Part shown: positions 31,591 to 47,440 of the stretch, in pieces
How positions within the stretch are numbered: position 1 is the first letter of the stretch
Layout: each line of letters starts with the position of its first letter
The notes under the pieces: model-generated
The model's input: only the letters and a program-made list of their open reading frames with translations
The model's database searches: none
Told to the model about the DNA's origin: nothing
DNA from: the human T2T-CHM13v2.0 reference genome, Homo sapiens
Length of the DNA stretch: 64,000 nucleotides
NCBI RefSeq assembly: GCF_009914755.1
Contig: NC_060942.1
Strand: one strand, 5' to 3'
Program-made: the position numbers and the translations under genes

Positions 31591-33623
31591 AATATTTTCT
31601 ACTAAATGTATAGGTATAATGAAGAAAAGCTGTAAGAATGGTAGCTTTTGAGCACTGGCATTAATAAAAGATTTTTACATTGAAAAAATTATTTTTACAC
31701 AAATTACTTAACAAACAAGTGATTGAGCAAAACGTCATTTGGTGTGATTCTGGCTCTGTTATCTCATCTACAAAATAGGGATAAGAAGGCTAACTATTTC
31801 ATGGATGATAGGGTGGGGGTTCAATGAGATGCCAGCCCATGTCTGGCATAGGGCTTGTCCATCTTGAGCGCTAGAAAGGGGTTTGTTCTTGTTCATAGTG
31901 TTGTTGTTTTTATTGGAAATATGTTCTCTGGGATAAAGGTTTGTTCATTGCCAACTCACTGACTTAGGGATTAGGAACTGAACCCCAGTGGCAGCAGCTC
32001 CAACTCAAGACCACAAGTCAAGTCTCACGTCTCAGTGTCACCACTCAGTCACAGCACAAGGGCAAGGCTCCGCTTTCACACGACAACCTCCTAAAGCAGA
32101 GAATTTCCTGCCACACGAGTCAGTAAAAGGCAGGCCGTGGTTTCCCCACGCTATTAGTGAATCATAGCCAGTATCCCAATAAAAGACTCTTTGGAGGGTG
32201 TGGCAAATGTGGTCTTTGATGCAAGGCTTAATTTCACTCAGAGAGGTGGCTAAAAGGGTATTTTTTGAAAGGTTGTCTGCTACCTGACTATAGAAAGAGA
32301 TCTCAGGACAGAGATTAATGGAGCATAATTCTCGTCCAAGATCGAGAACACATCATTAGAAGCACTATTTACAAAAACAAAGAACAGGAAATAACAATGG
32401 GAAAATGGTTGAAGATATTAAGAAAAGTCCATATTATGGAATACTGTTCATCCATTTGAAATTAGCTTGACAGAGTATTTGCCAAGAGATTGTTAAACAT
32501 AATAAATACAGAAAACTAAAAATACTATATTCCATGTGATTCAATTTTATTAAGATATGTGAAATGATATCTCATATTTGTTTGAAAAAAGCTATAGTAA
32601 GAAGACATAACAGCAGTAATTATCACTCCATAGTTTAGAAACGATTTGTATTCCGTGGTTACAGATTTTAGTCTATATTTTCTAGAATTAGCATAAATAC
32701 TTTTGAAACCAGGAAAATAAGTTATTAATGTTAAAATTCTTTTTTAAATTCCCTTGAAAAAACCTTAGACACAATTTTACACAACCAAGAATAAATGTAA
32801 TTGGACAAGGCAACCTGATCCAAACCTTGGATCCTGAAAAATGTGAACAAAAAGAGCTTTGTCAAACCAAGAAAGAGGGTCACAAATGAGTTGCAGCCTT
32901 GCCTTTTAGTAATGTAGCCTATGTGATTGGGGTCGGAACTGAGAACATTTATGGCATGAGGACCTTCTGTGGCCCCCTCATCCCTTCACAGGGCCACATA
33001 TCTGTCCAGGGAGCAATCGCCAGCTCTCACATCTCTTGCTATTCCCCCTCAAGAACTGTTCTCAAAAAATTGGCTTAATATGCACGTAAAGTGTTCTTTT
33101 AAATCAAACCATTCTCACTTACCCCAAAGCCTAACGAGCCCAAGAGCTTATTATATCGAGTGTGTTTGAGGTCAGGGCCATTTGGTTTCCAGAAGATTTT
33201 CAAACCAGAGAATGATTTCTGGAAACACTGCAGCTTCAGCAGCTTTGATTACCAGTGATACATTGGAAGAATAATATGCTGTAGATTGTTAGGTAGCTTA
33301 GCTAAAAACAGTACCTTTTCTCTCTCAATTATATAGTAACCTGACCTTTCCACAAACCCTGTGCATCCTGGGTAAAGCGGAGCCAGCCATGTGCGGGAGT
33401 GACCTATACACACCCCTCAAGCCAGATCCCCAGCCAACACCCTACATGGCAAACCCTGTCTATCTAACAGGAATATCTTGAAGCAGTTCTAAAATCACTT
33501 CATTGCAATGTGTACAATTTAAGAAACAAACAATAACAATATAATTTTTCCATCTTTTTCAGACTCCATATAAATTCAGCAAGAAAACAGGCTTCTTCTG
33601 ATGATGGGATCAGATGACTATAG

Positions 33624-33920
<297 letters not shown>

Positions 33921-34132
33921 TAAAAGAAACTTTAAAAGTTTCAAATTGTTAGCCTCAGTGGGCTAAATCATGAAGGTAAGTAATGTTATCTTTTCTGTTC
34001 ATCCCCTCAGGACCTATGGCAGAGCCTACCACACAATAAGCATTGAATAAGTGAGTGAACATTACATGTAGAGCAGCATAAGTCTCGGATAGCTAAAATT
34101 ATTCACGTTTTCAACTGTGATAATTTGTTGGG

Positions 34133-34372
<240 letters not shown>

Positions 34373-34419
34373 TGATTAGCTCCTTTATGTTCCAGCTTGA
34401 ACGTATGTATGGTAGGTTA

Positions 34420-34580
34420 ATCCTCCCAAATCACTGGGGAAGCCATTTATCATTGAAATTTTACAAATGGGGAAGCTGAGGCGAAGTGATTTTCTCAATG
34501 TCACACAGAGAAAAAGTAGTTTCAGTAGGACTCAAAACCAGGGCTTTGAGTCAAGTTAACGACTTTTCCACCATTTTACA
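34420..34580 (-). mobile_element. MIR
   Basis: ATTTTACAAATGGGGAAGCTGAGGC...GTCACACAG...GGACTCAAAACCAGG MIR core. Confidence 0.65.
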
Positions 34581-37290
34581 GCTGCCTTCATGGGTAAAGC
34601 AACTTAGTTCTCTTAAAGACACAGGACCAACATGCAGGAGACTCAGACAGTTGTAGGTGCCTGAGAGTAACAGCAGCAAGCCAGCAACTCTCCAAAAGCA
34701 GTCGCTAATTAATAAGTGCAGGCACTCAGAAGCCTCGCTGTCCCCTCTCTGAAGACAGATGGCAACGGCACCCTGGCCCTTCCTACCTAACTCCAGCTGC
34801 TCTTCCATTTCTCTCAATAAAGTGAAGAAATTCCTTTTGAATTTTTCTGTACAGATTCTAACAGGAAAGAAAAATGGGAGCTGGATGAAGAGCTGATTAT
34901 TCTATATAAATTATAAAATATCTTTAAACATTGCTTGGGATCATTTTCCAGTTCTCATAAAAATGTCTCTCCTTTGTAAACATTAGTCTGCAGATTTAGA
35001 AGCACTTAATAAAATGTCCAGTGAGACACCACAGGGATGGCCTGACTGAAAGCCATCTGAGGAACTCTGTCCCCTCTTCCTACAGCTCCAAAAGCCACCC
35101 GCTGGAAGGGGGCCCCAGGGCCATTTTCAGTGTGCCATTGAAACTATGCCACCAAGTGTGGGGGTGGAAGGAGCCTGCTGCAGCCCTGTACACTGGCAAA
35201 GCTTGCCCCACATCAAAGGGCTCTCATTCCTGCCAGGGAGACACTGATTGAGTTCTTTTGAATGGCGGAGAGATTCCCAAGTTTGCTACATGGAATGAGT
35301 GAAAATGGCCATTAATTGCTGAGCCTCAGAACTCAGGTAGACCATTCTTATTCCATTGATAGGTCACAGATATAAACATAAACCTTATCAGCACTTGGAC
35401 TTGAAGTCTAGACATTGGCTGCCTTCTCATTTCTCTTGGAATCCAGTGAGAAATAAATAATACTCCCTTTCTTGCCATGCCAGGAAGACACAAGCTACTT
35501 ACGAAGAAAGACACCATTGACTCAGTGTTTTGGAATCACGGTGTGCGTAACCTAAGAGAGACCCTATGCACTACACTGGCACAGCTTTCATTTGCAACGT
35601 GAAGCGAGTTGCCCCAAGTCAGACCTCAGTTAGAACACAGGTCAACATTGGCTCTGCCCCCACTGCAGCCCACACTTTGGCTTCACCTCCCATTTTTAGA
35701 GTTAATGCAACATGTTGGCCAAAGATATTTCTTAAGAGTGCATAAAACATAACAAAGTCATCTAACACTAGTGAAAATTATTTTATTCATACCAAGCAAG
35801 GATCAAAAGGGACTGGGAAATAAATAGGCATATCCTGTTTTGTGGTTTATAAAAGTTAATAACCTCAACATGAACCCCTACTTCATATGATTCCTGGATC
35901 CTAACTCAGGACTTCAACCGATTTGGAAGCTTTTGTCTAAATAGCCCTGAAATCCCCCGATGCAGATGATCAGAGAGATAGAAATGAATCAGTTTCCCCT
36001 TCCATTTACTGGTCCCCATGACTTCCAAAAATAATACTCTGGCCCAGCTGTTGAGTAAGGCCTTAAGTTTATTTGTAGTTAGTTGAAGGAGAAGACTATA
36101 AATTAAATTCAGATGCTGTCAGGGAGAAATATCACTTCTTCCAAATTCAACACTGAAAAACCTTTCTTGTGTGTGTGCCCAAGGAGAGACTATGAGAGGG
36201 AGGCAGCTTTGCCTCCACTGCATGGAAAGGGCTTGGAACCAGCGGAGCTGTCCAAGTGAGGCTTCCATTCTCTAAGCCGGTCCACATGGAGCCCTCACTC
36301 TGTTGCCCAAGGTGGCTGAGACACCGCCAGCCTGGCTGTGGGGTGTGGCCACCTAGAGCCCTGGGGTGAAGAAGCCATGAGAAGGACCACGTGCCCTTTG
36401 CCAGACCAAGCCTGTCCACCCAATGGAACCTGCTGGCCCAAGCATTAGGGGCCATGTCCTGCTACCAAATACCATTTCATTGGCTTCTGTGATAATTTGC
36501 TTGGCTTTGAATGCTGAATCTTGTCCAAAGGCATCAGGCTTACAAAGGTGGACATCAGAGCAGAAATCCAGGAGCCTGGTCCCGGGCTCCACACCTGGTT
36601 CTGCCTCCTAAGAGCTCTCGGACAAATGCCTCCCTGTTTCTGGGTTTTGGTTTCCTCATTGATAAAACTGAAATGACGCTTTACTAAGCATTCTCTGTGG
36701 CCATTCCCAGTTCTTTTCTGCAGGGATTTCCAAGAGAAACAGGAAGTGGTTGACCTTTAAATTTCTCAGATTTATGGCTTATTTCCTGCCCTTCACCCTC
36801 ATCTCCCCCACCCAACACACACACGTATCTACCTCTTGTCTTTCAAGGAGATATATCTAAAAACTGTGGAAGTGAAAGACATTAGGAGAGAAGGGACAGT
36901 GAGTTGCCTAGTCGCCTACATAGCTCAGGCTGACCACACTAACATAAAAAGCACTCATTCTTCTGCATTTCCTGCTGCCCACTGCCAGCAAAATGGGAAC
37001 AACATGGACTTCAGGGGGGTGGTACCACAGTGGCAGAGAATCACCAAAGGTGGATGCTTTCATCTGCAGCCCTCCAATCCCTATCCTGGAGAAGGAAGCT
37101 GGCACAAGATTTTCACTTGCTTTGTCTAGGAAAGATTTAAATGCCTAACGCCAGCAAGGCTTTTCCTCTAGGACACTGTCAGATAAAAATAGCTAATGAG
37201 TTAAGTCTGTCTCCAGTGTAGGACGATCTTTTGTATACAAGGCAATTTCATCCTCTCCTTGGAAATTGTCCCTGCTCCATTTTCGGCAAA

Positions 37291-37607
37291 CAGGTGTCTG
37301 CAAACTACATCCCTCCGGCTAAATCCCGCCCCACAAACTAAGAATGCTTTTTATATGTTTAAATGATTGAAAAAAAAAGTCAAAAGAAGACTAGATCATG
37401 AAACATGAAAATTATATGAAAGTCAATTTCAGTGTCCATCAGTGAAGTTTTCTTGGAGCCAAGTCAGGCTCCTTCTTCTAAGTATTTTCTATGGCTGTTT
37501 CTGCAGTTCAATGGCAAAGTCTCACGACTGCAACAGAGCCGGCGTGCTGTGCAACGCCTGACTCATTAACTGCCCGGCCCCTCACAGAAAAAGTTTGCTG
37601 GTCACAG
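37291..37607 (+). mobile_element. MER58B-like hAT-Charlie element
   Basis: CAGGTGTCTGCAAACTAC...TGAAAATTATATGAAA...TTCAGTGTCCAT...ACAGAAAAAGTTTGCTG. Confidence 0.75.
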
Positions 37608-38401
37608 ATGTAGAAGGATTGAGTCCAGAGTTTACTACAGAGAAAGCCCTGAACTGGGGAGCCCTCTGACCAGAAAACACAGGGCCTGGCCATAACTGCT
37701 TCACAGTTTGAAGACAGCAAAAGCTATTTAGAGGAGTACAGCCTAATCACCACCACCAAAACAAGTTGTCTTCACCTGGATGCTCCCCTTCACATATTAG
37801 TTTCATTTCAAGTCCTCTTTAGTAGATTTTCACCTGACTGTATTTTCTGTATACTTATTGTATGAACACTTGATTAGCCATTAGAAAGATTACTTTGTAA
37901 TGAAATGTATGGAAATACTGTTGTATGGTAGATATATATTCCTAAATCAGAAAAAGTCTACCCACTGGGCTGTTTTCTAAAGACTTCTGTGGACTTCTAT
38001 GTTTTGTCTTTATTCAAAGAATTTAAAATGCTACATGGTGGCAACAAAGAAAAAATGTGAGGCTTTTATTTTTCACCTCATAGTCTTCCATACTATGATT
38101 TTGAAGATTGGAATATACTCATCTTTAAAAATGAATTAATAATAAAAACTAATGCTCATATACTTTAATCCAGTAAACCTACTTCTAAGAATCTATTTTA
38201 AGGAAATAACCAGAGATAGAGGCAAAGATTTGTGTATCAGGATGTCAATCTCAACATTATTTGTAATACTTAAAAATTATAAGCAAGATAATGTGGAATA
38301 GTTAAATTAGTTATGACACTGTTCAGTAATGGAATATTGTAAAGCCATTATTAAGTATGTATTTCAGAAAATATTGATACTTTGGAAAATTCAGAAGCAA
38401 G

Positions 38402-38403
<2 letters not shown>

Positions 38404-38433
<30 letters not shown>
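38404..38433. repeat. Perfect (AC)n microsatellite inside an L1ME-like fragment
   Basis: Directly visible. Confidence 0.95.
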
Positions 38434-38435
<2 letters not shown>

Positions 38436-38687
38436 AAAAATAAACATATAAAAGTAGTATCCCAAAATGTTAATAATGGTTATATCTAGGTGGTAGAATT
38501 ATGGTAACAATTTTCTCTCCTAGGTTTCTTTATTTTCCAGTTTTCTAATTTTTTTCTTTACAAAGTCATACATGTTTTTCATAAAGTTTTCCAAAATTAA
38601 AAAATGTATAAAACAAAAAGAAAGTTCTCCCACACTCTATTTTGAATTCCATTTCCCACAAGTATTCATTATTAGCATCTAGTGTGC

Positions 38688-38850
38688 ACTACAGTTTAAA
38701 TGTATTCCTCAAAGTTCAAGTGTTGGAAACTTGACCCCCGGTGCAGCAGTGTTGGGAGGTGGGGCCTAATGGGAGGTGTTTAGGTCATGAGGGCTCCCCG
38801 CCATGAAGGCATTCATATTGTTATCTCAGAAGGAGTTTGTTTTGAAAGCC
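38688..38850 (+). mobile_element. MaLR LTR 5' fragment (MLT1A/MST-like)
   Basis: GTGTTGGAAACTT...GTGTTGGGAGGTGGGGCCTAATGGGAGGTGTTTAGGTCATGAGGG. Confidence 0.7.
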
Positions 38851-38931
38851 TGCCTATTATGACAGCGTGCCTTTTTAACTAAACAATCTATTTACTATAT
38901 CAGTACATACGTATGTATTGCAGTCCCTTTT

Positions 38932-39263
<332 letters not shown>

Positions 39264-39528
39264 TTTTAAAAAGACTGCAGATTTTTCATAGTTAACATGA
39301 ATTATTTAACCAATTCCCTGACTGGACTGACATTTCACTATTTTTTACAGTCCTGCATTCAGAAGTCTTATAGACATATCTCTGCACATTTGTGCCAGTA
39401 TTTCTGTAGGTTAACATATTAATGGATCATAAAGTATGCATATTTTAAATTTTGATAGACAATATCAAACTTGTCTCCAAAAAACAAACTTTGAAAATTA
39501 TATATCCCACATAGAAGTTCCTTGTTAA

Positions 39529-39918
<390 letters not shown>

Positions 39919-40581
39919 TATATCTTTATTCTTAATGAGGTTGATTTTCTTTTTATTTGATTCATTAGTGATTTGTATATCTTCTTTTGTAAGTTGCTGA
40001 TGAATACTATTTTCTAGTTTTCCTATAGGTTATTTCTCTTTTATTCCAGCTGAGTTGTTATAATCTCTTATGTATCATAGAAACCAAGCCTTTGTTAATT
40101 ATATAATCACAAATGTTTTCTCCTAGTATGTCATTTGTCTTCATAGTTTGTTTATAGTCTTTTGTCATAAAAAACTTATTATTTTATATTAAGAAAAGTA
40201 AGTGTATTTTAAAATGCATCAACATAATTATAGATTTCAATAATTATGTATAAAATGGAAAACTGAAGCATCAATTTGTTGACAGATATTTTTCTCACTG
40301 AACATACATGAAGTTGTGCAATGCTCTGTAGGGTAGATTTAAAAGTTTAGACTTGAAAGAGGTTTTCTACAATGATTCAAAGAATGAGTGTTTTGATTAA
40401 ATACATCCATTGCCTTGAATCCACAATCACTTGATTCTCTTGCTAAAATAATTGATGTTTCAACAGAGTGCTCCATTTGATTTTTCCTTTCATTTGAATG
40501 CTTTTCCAAAAAGCAATGGAATTAATTATCACAAAAATATTCATGTATTAGAGTTAAAAGTCATTGACACTAAAGTGATGA

Positions 40582-41054
<473 letters not shown>

Positions 41055-42899
41055 CACATTTTCACTTTTATAATGCTTCAACAAATGCCTTTCAATGCCT
41101 GGGGTCATACGAAGAAGGGCAAAGAAGACCAACTTAAACTCAGGGGGTCATAGTTAACTCAAGGAATTCAGTGGGTGGGATGGCTTTCCCACTGGAGATG
41201 CAGCTTCAGAGAGTTTAATGGGCATGGCATCCCCAGGGGACAGATGAGTCCCATGTGGCCAGAGTCTGGTTCAGATGTTTCATGAGCTTCCCCACCACTA
41301 AGTGGAATCCTAAATCAGGTTCATCCACTCAAGCCCATTTTGGGCTCATTCCATCTGGGCCAGCCCAAGCCCTTTACTGACCTCCCTAATCCTCAAGAAC
41401 ACTCCTTCCGACTTCCAAACTTCCTCTGGAGTTCTGGGACTCAATGGAGAGTCAATCCTGAGGCCTCGAGTGCTGCACGTGGGTCCCCACGCACCACTTG
41501 CTGGCCCCATGAAGCACTCTCAGAGGGCCCCAGGAGCAGAAACGGAAGTGGTTCCCTTAAAGTTATAGGATAACATAAAAAACCTCTGTTTTCAGCAAAT
41601 TCTTTCATTCATGTACCATTTTATACAAGAGACCATCTATTATAAAACACAACATTATTTTTAAGCACCAGTGAGAAAAAAAGCTGCCCAAAATTTAACA
41701 TATCAATAATTCTTAAAAGACGTTCCAGTGTAGAGGTGTTGAAATTTTTAAGTGAGAAAACATGACATTTTCCCCCATGACATTCTATTTCTCAAACCTG
41801 TCAATTTGAAAAACCGATGACTATGTTCAGTGTTTATATCCTCACAGAGAATTTCCTAAAGCATTTAAGTCGAGATGGTCATTTTTCTCTTAGGTTATTG
41901 TTTTTTAAAAAATGCTAGATTGATAAATATCCTGAGGAAAAATGTAGACCCCGACCAGGCAGAAGGCCTCGGCTACTCCCATGCTAAATTTTTGGGACAC
42001 ACAAGCTCTTGTACTCTTGTACTATACTACTTATAAGCTATCAAATTTGAAACCACACACTAATTTGTAACATGAGTATGTAAACATTTCTGGATATGTT
42101 TAGTTTTTAAACCTCTGACTGTATATTCTGATGGACCAAAAAACATAAAAGGTGATTGTGTGCCTGGGGATCCTGGGGCCCTGATTTGGAGGCTATAGAC
42201 TTAAGCATTCAGAATTATGCCTTTAATGTATTCCCTTTTTCAAAATGCTGAAAGGATAGACCAAAACCCTTCTAAACTAAGAAACAAAGAGACTGACCGT
42301 CTACCATGGTCCCTGGTTGAACAAACACAAATTGTGGGGTGTATGCAAGATGTGATTTTATTTTCACCTTATTCTAAATTAATGAGATAAAAAATACATT
42401 CTAATTTAAAATGTATCCAGTGAGCTTAATCTTCCCTTGCCCTGCGATAAAAACCTGGCACATCCCATGACTTTTCTGCTCTCTCTTAGATAACAGACAG
42501 TTTTTGGTAATAAGTTACCAGCATAATCTCAATTTACAAAGTAGAATGGTCTCCTCCTGTCAGTGGGCAAAACCCTGATCTGATTGAAGATCGAATCTCA
42601 CCCTGTCCCCCACCAGGCTGGTGCAGTGGCAGGTGGCCAGCCTTTACCCTTATTCCCTTTCCTTCCCCTGCCTAGGGCAGAGCAGAGGATGGGGCTATGG
42701 GGAGAGGAAGCATCGGGGGTGAAGCATCATGCCAGCTTGTTTTGCGTCTGGCTTGGATCATCTCTGACACTTGCTCTCCCCTGGTGTCTTTGGAGCACCC
42801 CACTTCCCATTGGGCCCCCAGTGATCTGTCTCCAGAGGGAAAGGCACTGCCCCCTTCCAATTGCAGACTGATTCCCCTCTGCCCATGATTCTCCTATGG

Positions 42900-43310
42900 C
42901 CCACACCCTGCAGCCTCAATGTTGGGGTTCCTGGCCTTCTGGACAGTCTGCTTGGACAGGACTTCAGACTTCAGATGGTTCCAGGCCGGCCTCCTCTCCC
43001 TCCCAGGAGGCTGCCCCGTCCCCAAGGCACAGCACTTTCCAGTTTTGCCACTTGAGAGAGACTGAATCTATTTTTCCAGCTGTAATTTTAAAAATCCCAG
43101 GGAAGGACTCTCACTGGTCTTCTGTGGGTCAGGTGTCTCCCCTGAACCAATCACTCTTGGCTAGGGGAGGGGTGCACTAGGAATGGGACAATCACTAGGA
43201 AGAAATATTTGTGGAGGGGTTTGAGAGGATGTGTCCCCCACATAAAAGGGTGCTGATTCTTGACAATGAGAGGGGAGACATGGAAGCAAACTATGGATTT
43301 CTATCACATG
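42900..43310 (-). mobile_element. Ancient MaLR/ERVL LTR fragment (MLT1J/K-like)
   Basis: GGGAAGGACTCTCACTGG...GGGTCAGGTGTC...CCTGAACCAATCAC is typical of reversed old MLT1; boundaries approximate. Confidence 0.5.
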
Positions 43311-43908
43311 ACATAATTGTTCAACTCTGTGATTCTGGACATAAAAACTATGTGTTTTATAAATTGTGTGTTAGTAATTGATGCTTAGATTAAATAAACA
43401 ACTTATACAATAATTTTGATGACCTTTTGACTAAGATTCATGCCCTTTAGACAGTTTTAACTGTCAAACAGGTGATCTGCTTGCCTTGACCTCCCAAAGT
43501 GCTAGGATTACAGGCAAGATTTTTATTTATTAAGAGTGATGGAGACATGACTTCCAAGATCCATTCACTCATAATCCATCCAAATGGCCAATTCATGTGC
43601 TTCTACTCCTAAGCCAGATAGAATCTGAACTTTAACAAAAAATCATTTTATAAAGAACATTGCTCTGTGTGATTTCAGTTTAAACCAAGTGAAGAATACA
43701 TACTGGAAAATGAAAGGCTTAAGCCTTTTATAACAATCCCTTTATAACAATTGGCATCTCCATTTCCTTACTGAGAATTTCCACTGTGACCATAATCAGT
43801 GACAGGTCATAGAAAACTATGACTCTCCATTGCTTCTGTGCCCCTGGGTCTAGAGAAAATGCCAAGCACAAATAAGAAAAGCAAAGTGTAAGTTTCAACA
43901 AACTTTAA

Positions 43909-44193
<285 letters not shown>

Positions 44194-44459
44194 TGAAAGT
44201 TACTGGTTTTCATGTCTTCATTTCCAGTTGAAGACAATAGTGTAATAGGATGTTAAAATTGGATTCTTCTTATCATAGCTTTCACTGGGATTGCAATATA
44301 ACATATGTCTAGTACCAAAGTATGAGACGGACCCTGCAAATGCATAATGCACCAGGAGAATGGTCTATGTAACACTTGGAGCCCAGAATTTGGAGGCTTT
44401 TCACATACTCTGAGAATGTAAAAGGTGGCAGTGTGGGGAGAATATCGTGAGGAAGAATC

Positions 44460-44950
44460 CTATGCAGAAAGCTATGCTGTTAGCCCTAGCCACCCCACCT
44501 CAAGCCAGGAGGCTCTTTCTCCTAGACCAAGACAGTCTGATTTGTGTCTTTTGGATTTAGGAGACACCGTGGCCTGGAGTTTTCTCCCAACTAGGGATTC
44601 TGAATTGGCAGCAGAGATCAATGAACGCAGCTGCCCTTCTCTCTAGGGGTGGGGCAGGGACGGCCTCCTGGGCAGGAGAGAAAGCTGGCCTGGAGCCATC
44701 TGAAGTCTGAAGTCCTGCCCAAGCAGACTGGCTAGAAGGGCTGCCACATGGTCAGCCACATTCTCTTCTCCCCGTGTCACAAGGTGGGCAGTGCCCAGGG
44801 ACAGCAGCTTTCTCAGCCTACCTACAACAAAGAGGTCTGTGGCCCGGCTGAGCCAAGATGCCATGAACATGCAGGGCAGGCAAGAAATTAACCTTTGTTG
44901 TTGCAAAGCACTGAGATGTTGGGACATAACTACAATGCAGTATAACGGCG
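44460..44950 (+). mobile_element. Ancient MaLR LTR (MLT1I/J-like)
   Basis: 3' part AAGAAATTAACCTTTGTTGTTGCAAAGCACTGAGATGTTGGG...GCAGTATAAC; boundaries approximate. Confidence 0.55.
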
Positions 44951-46239
44951 CCTGCTTCTCTTGGGGACCACTCTCCTCCATCATGCTTGATATGGTCCAG
45001 GAGTGGTTGAACCACTCCAGTCCTAGGTGTGACTGGATGTGACTGGGTCTGGCTAATGAGGCCCCCTCCCCAGGTACAATGTTTGGTGCTGGGATCCCAG
45101 CAGGGCCACAGCGTGTCCTCTCTGGGACTTTCGCTGGAGCTAATGGAAAAGAGATACTTTTGTCATGGGAATCACTAGCTCGAAGTCTGTTAGCCTAAAA
45201 TTACCACTTACTATCATTTGGCAAAGAACAGCTTGACTAAGCACGACACCACCACAGAAGAAAACATAGCCAAGAAATGGAGAAGGGGAGTGAGGTTTGG
45301 GTCCCAGGCCTTGCCATGATGGAGGAAGTATCAATAAATCGCCCATTTTCTTTGACCACGATTTGGCTTTGCTTCTGAAACTTGCAACCAAAAAGAGTTA
45401 CACGCCCAAAGACTGCAAACCAATATGGACTCACAACGCCCATTTGACACACTCAGTGCCTTGGCTGAAAGGGAACTTAAAATTCAGACTTACTCCTCTA
45501 GACTGTAAACCACACAACTAAACTCGACAAGAATATGTTCCATTTGTAATAAATCTATGGATATGTAATAGCTCAGAAACGCATTCCAGCACCTCACATC
45601 TTCATCCTCACGACACACTTCCACACTTCAAACTACCACGTGGTGAGAATCCCAGCACAGCTTATCTCATTCTCTCCTGCTTGTTATGAGCTCAGAAAGC
45701 TTTAGGTGTGGGGTTTTGACGAAATGAACATACTCATCCTTTATCTGTACAACTATAATCACCTGCACAGTGCTGGAGTCTGACCACATGGTCCCACAGA
45801 AGCCTGGAAGCCGCTACAAAGCAATATTTCAACATCACGTGTCCTCTGAAAGCCTGAGCTGGGGAATGTTTCATGAATGCTAGTGCTGCTTGAGGCTTGA
45901 CTGTAAAGCTCCGTAACCATATAAAAGTTATATTATAAAAGATAAGCAAAATTACGTTGGACAACAACCAGCAGCACATTTACATTGATCCTCTCCAGGA
46001 AAGATCAGTGGCTTAATGGGCCACAATTACTCCCAAACAATCTAGTCCTTCTTCTGTAGGGTTATCTGACTGGTTTAGGTCATTCCAAGGGTTTCTCTGT
46101 TTATTTGAAATGTTCAGCTTTCACTTTTTGGCATAGGAGGAAAAGTCATTCATGAACAAATTCTTAAAATTTATTTTGGCCATTGTTCTCTTAAGATAAC
46201 TAAAAATGCTACACTATGCTGAAACCCACTTGGCAGCCT

Positions 46240-46557
46240 TTTATTTTATTTTATTTTATTTTTTTGAGACGGCATCTGGCTCTGTCGCCCAGGCTGGAGT
46301 GCAGTGGTGCATCTGGGCTCACTGCAAGCTCCGCCTCCCGGGTTCACGTCATTCTCCTGCCTCAGCCTCCCGAGTAGCTGGGACTACAGGCGCCCACCAC
46401 CACGCCCAGCTAATTTTTTGTATTTTTTTTTTTTTTTTTAGTAGAGACGGGGTTTCACCATCTTAGCCAGGATGGTCTCGATCTCCTGACCTCGTGATCC
46501 GCCTGCCTCGGCCTCCCAAAGTGCTGGGATTACAGGCGTGAGCCACAGCACCCGGCC
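46240..46557 (-). mobile_element. AluY inserted at the tail of an AluJ
   Basis: AluY diagnostics; lies between the AluJ tail and its left flank. Confidence 0.9.
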
Positions 46558-46559
46558 CA

Positions 46560-46873
46560 TTTTTTTCTTTCCTCTCTCTTTTTTTTTTTTTTTTTCTGAG
46601 ACAGGGTCTCGCTCTGTTGCTCAGTGGTGCAATCATAGCTCATTGTAACCGTGAACTCCTGGGCTCGGGTGATCCTCCCGCCTCAGCCTCCCAAGAATCT
46701 GGGACCACAACCACGCACACCACCATACCAGGATATTTTGTTTTTTAATTTTTAGTAAAGAAGAGGTCTCATTATGGTGCCCAGGCTGATCTCCAACTCT
46801 GCGCTCAAGTGATCTTCCGATCTCAGCCTCCCCAAAGTCCTGGGATGACAGGGGTGAGCCACTGCACCCAGCT
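46560..46873 (-). mobile_element. AluJ
   Basis: Diverged J-type Alu; CTTGGCAG flanks the AluY+AluJ unit. Confidence 0.85.
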
Positions 46874-47299
46874 TGGCAGTGGACAAGGACAGTGGCATAC
46901 AGTGAATGCCTTCACAAATAAAGATCTTTTCACAAAGAGAGACCAGCAGTGCTCCTTTCCCTGAAACCTCCTTGGAAAGAAATGGCTTGGGACTGTTTTT
47001 TGGGCTGCCACTTACAAACACTTAAGTCACTGCTCTGGAGCTTGCCACAGTTCCCCACTGGAGTTGAGGCAGTTCGGCTGAGAAACAAATAAGCTCAGGG
47101 ACTTCCCTAAGCCCTGGGCAGATAGATCACTAAGCAGAGCTCTTGACTAGGAACTAAGCAAAGCTTCAGTTTGACAAAAAACGTCATTGGTTGACCCCCC
47201 CAGTGCACTTCTTTCTCTGATCTCAATGACCGCAACTTTTCACACCCTTTTTAGCAAGGGGAAGGGGAGGTAGATTAACAAGCTGTCTGAATTCTTTTA

Positions 47300-47440
47300 A
47301 AGATAGAGCCCATTTCTATAGAAATGGTGCACATCGATATTATCCCGTAGGGTTGCTGTGAGGATTAAATGTACGTAAAGGACTTAGAACAGTGCACAGC
47401 ATGTCATAAATACAATAGAAGTGTTTGCTCTTATTATACT
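47300..47440 (+). mobile_element. MIR
   Basis: TAGGGTTGCTGTGAGGATTAAATG...CTTAGAACAGTGC MIR 3' part. Confidence 0.7.

Noticed and set aside
41610-41770. Possible MER104/Tc2-like fragment
   Set aside because: Too degenerate to call by eye.
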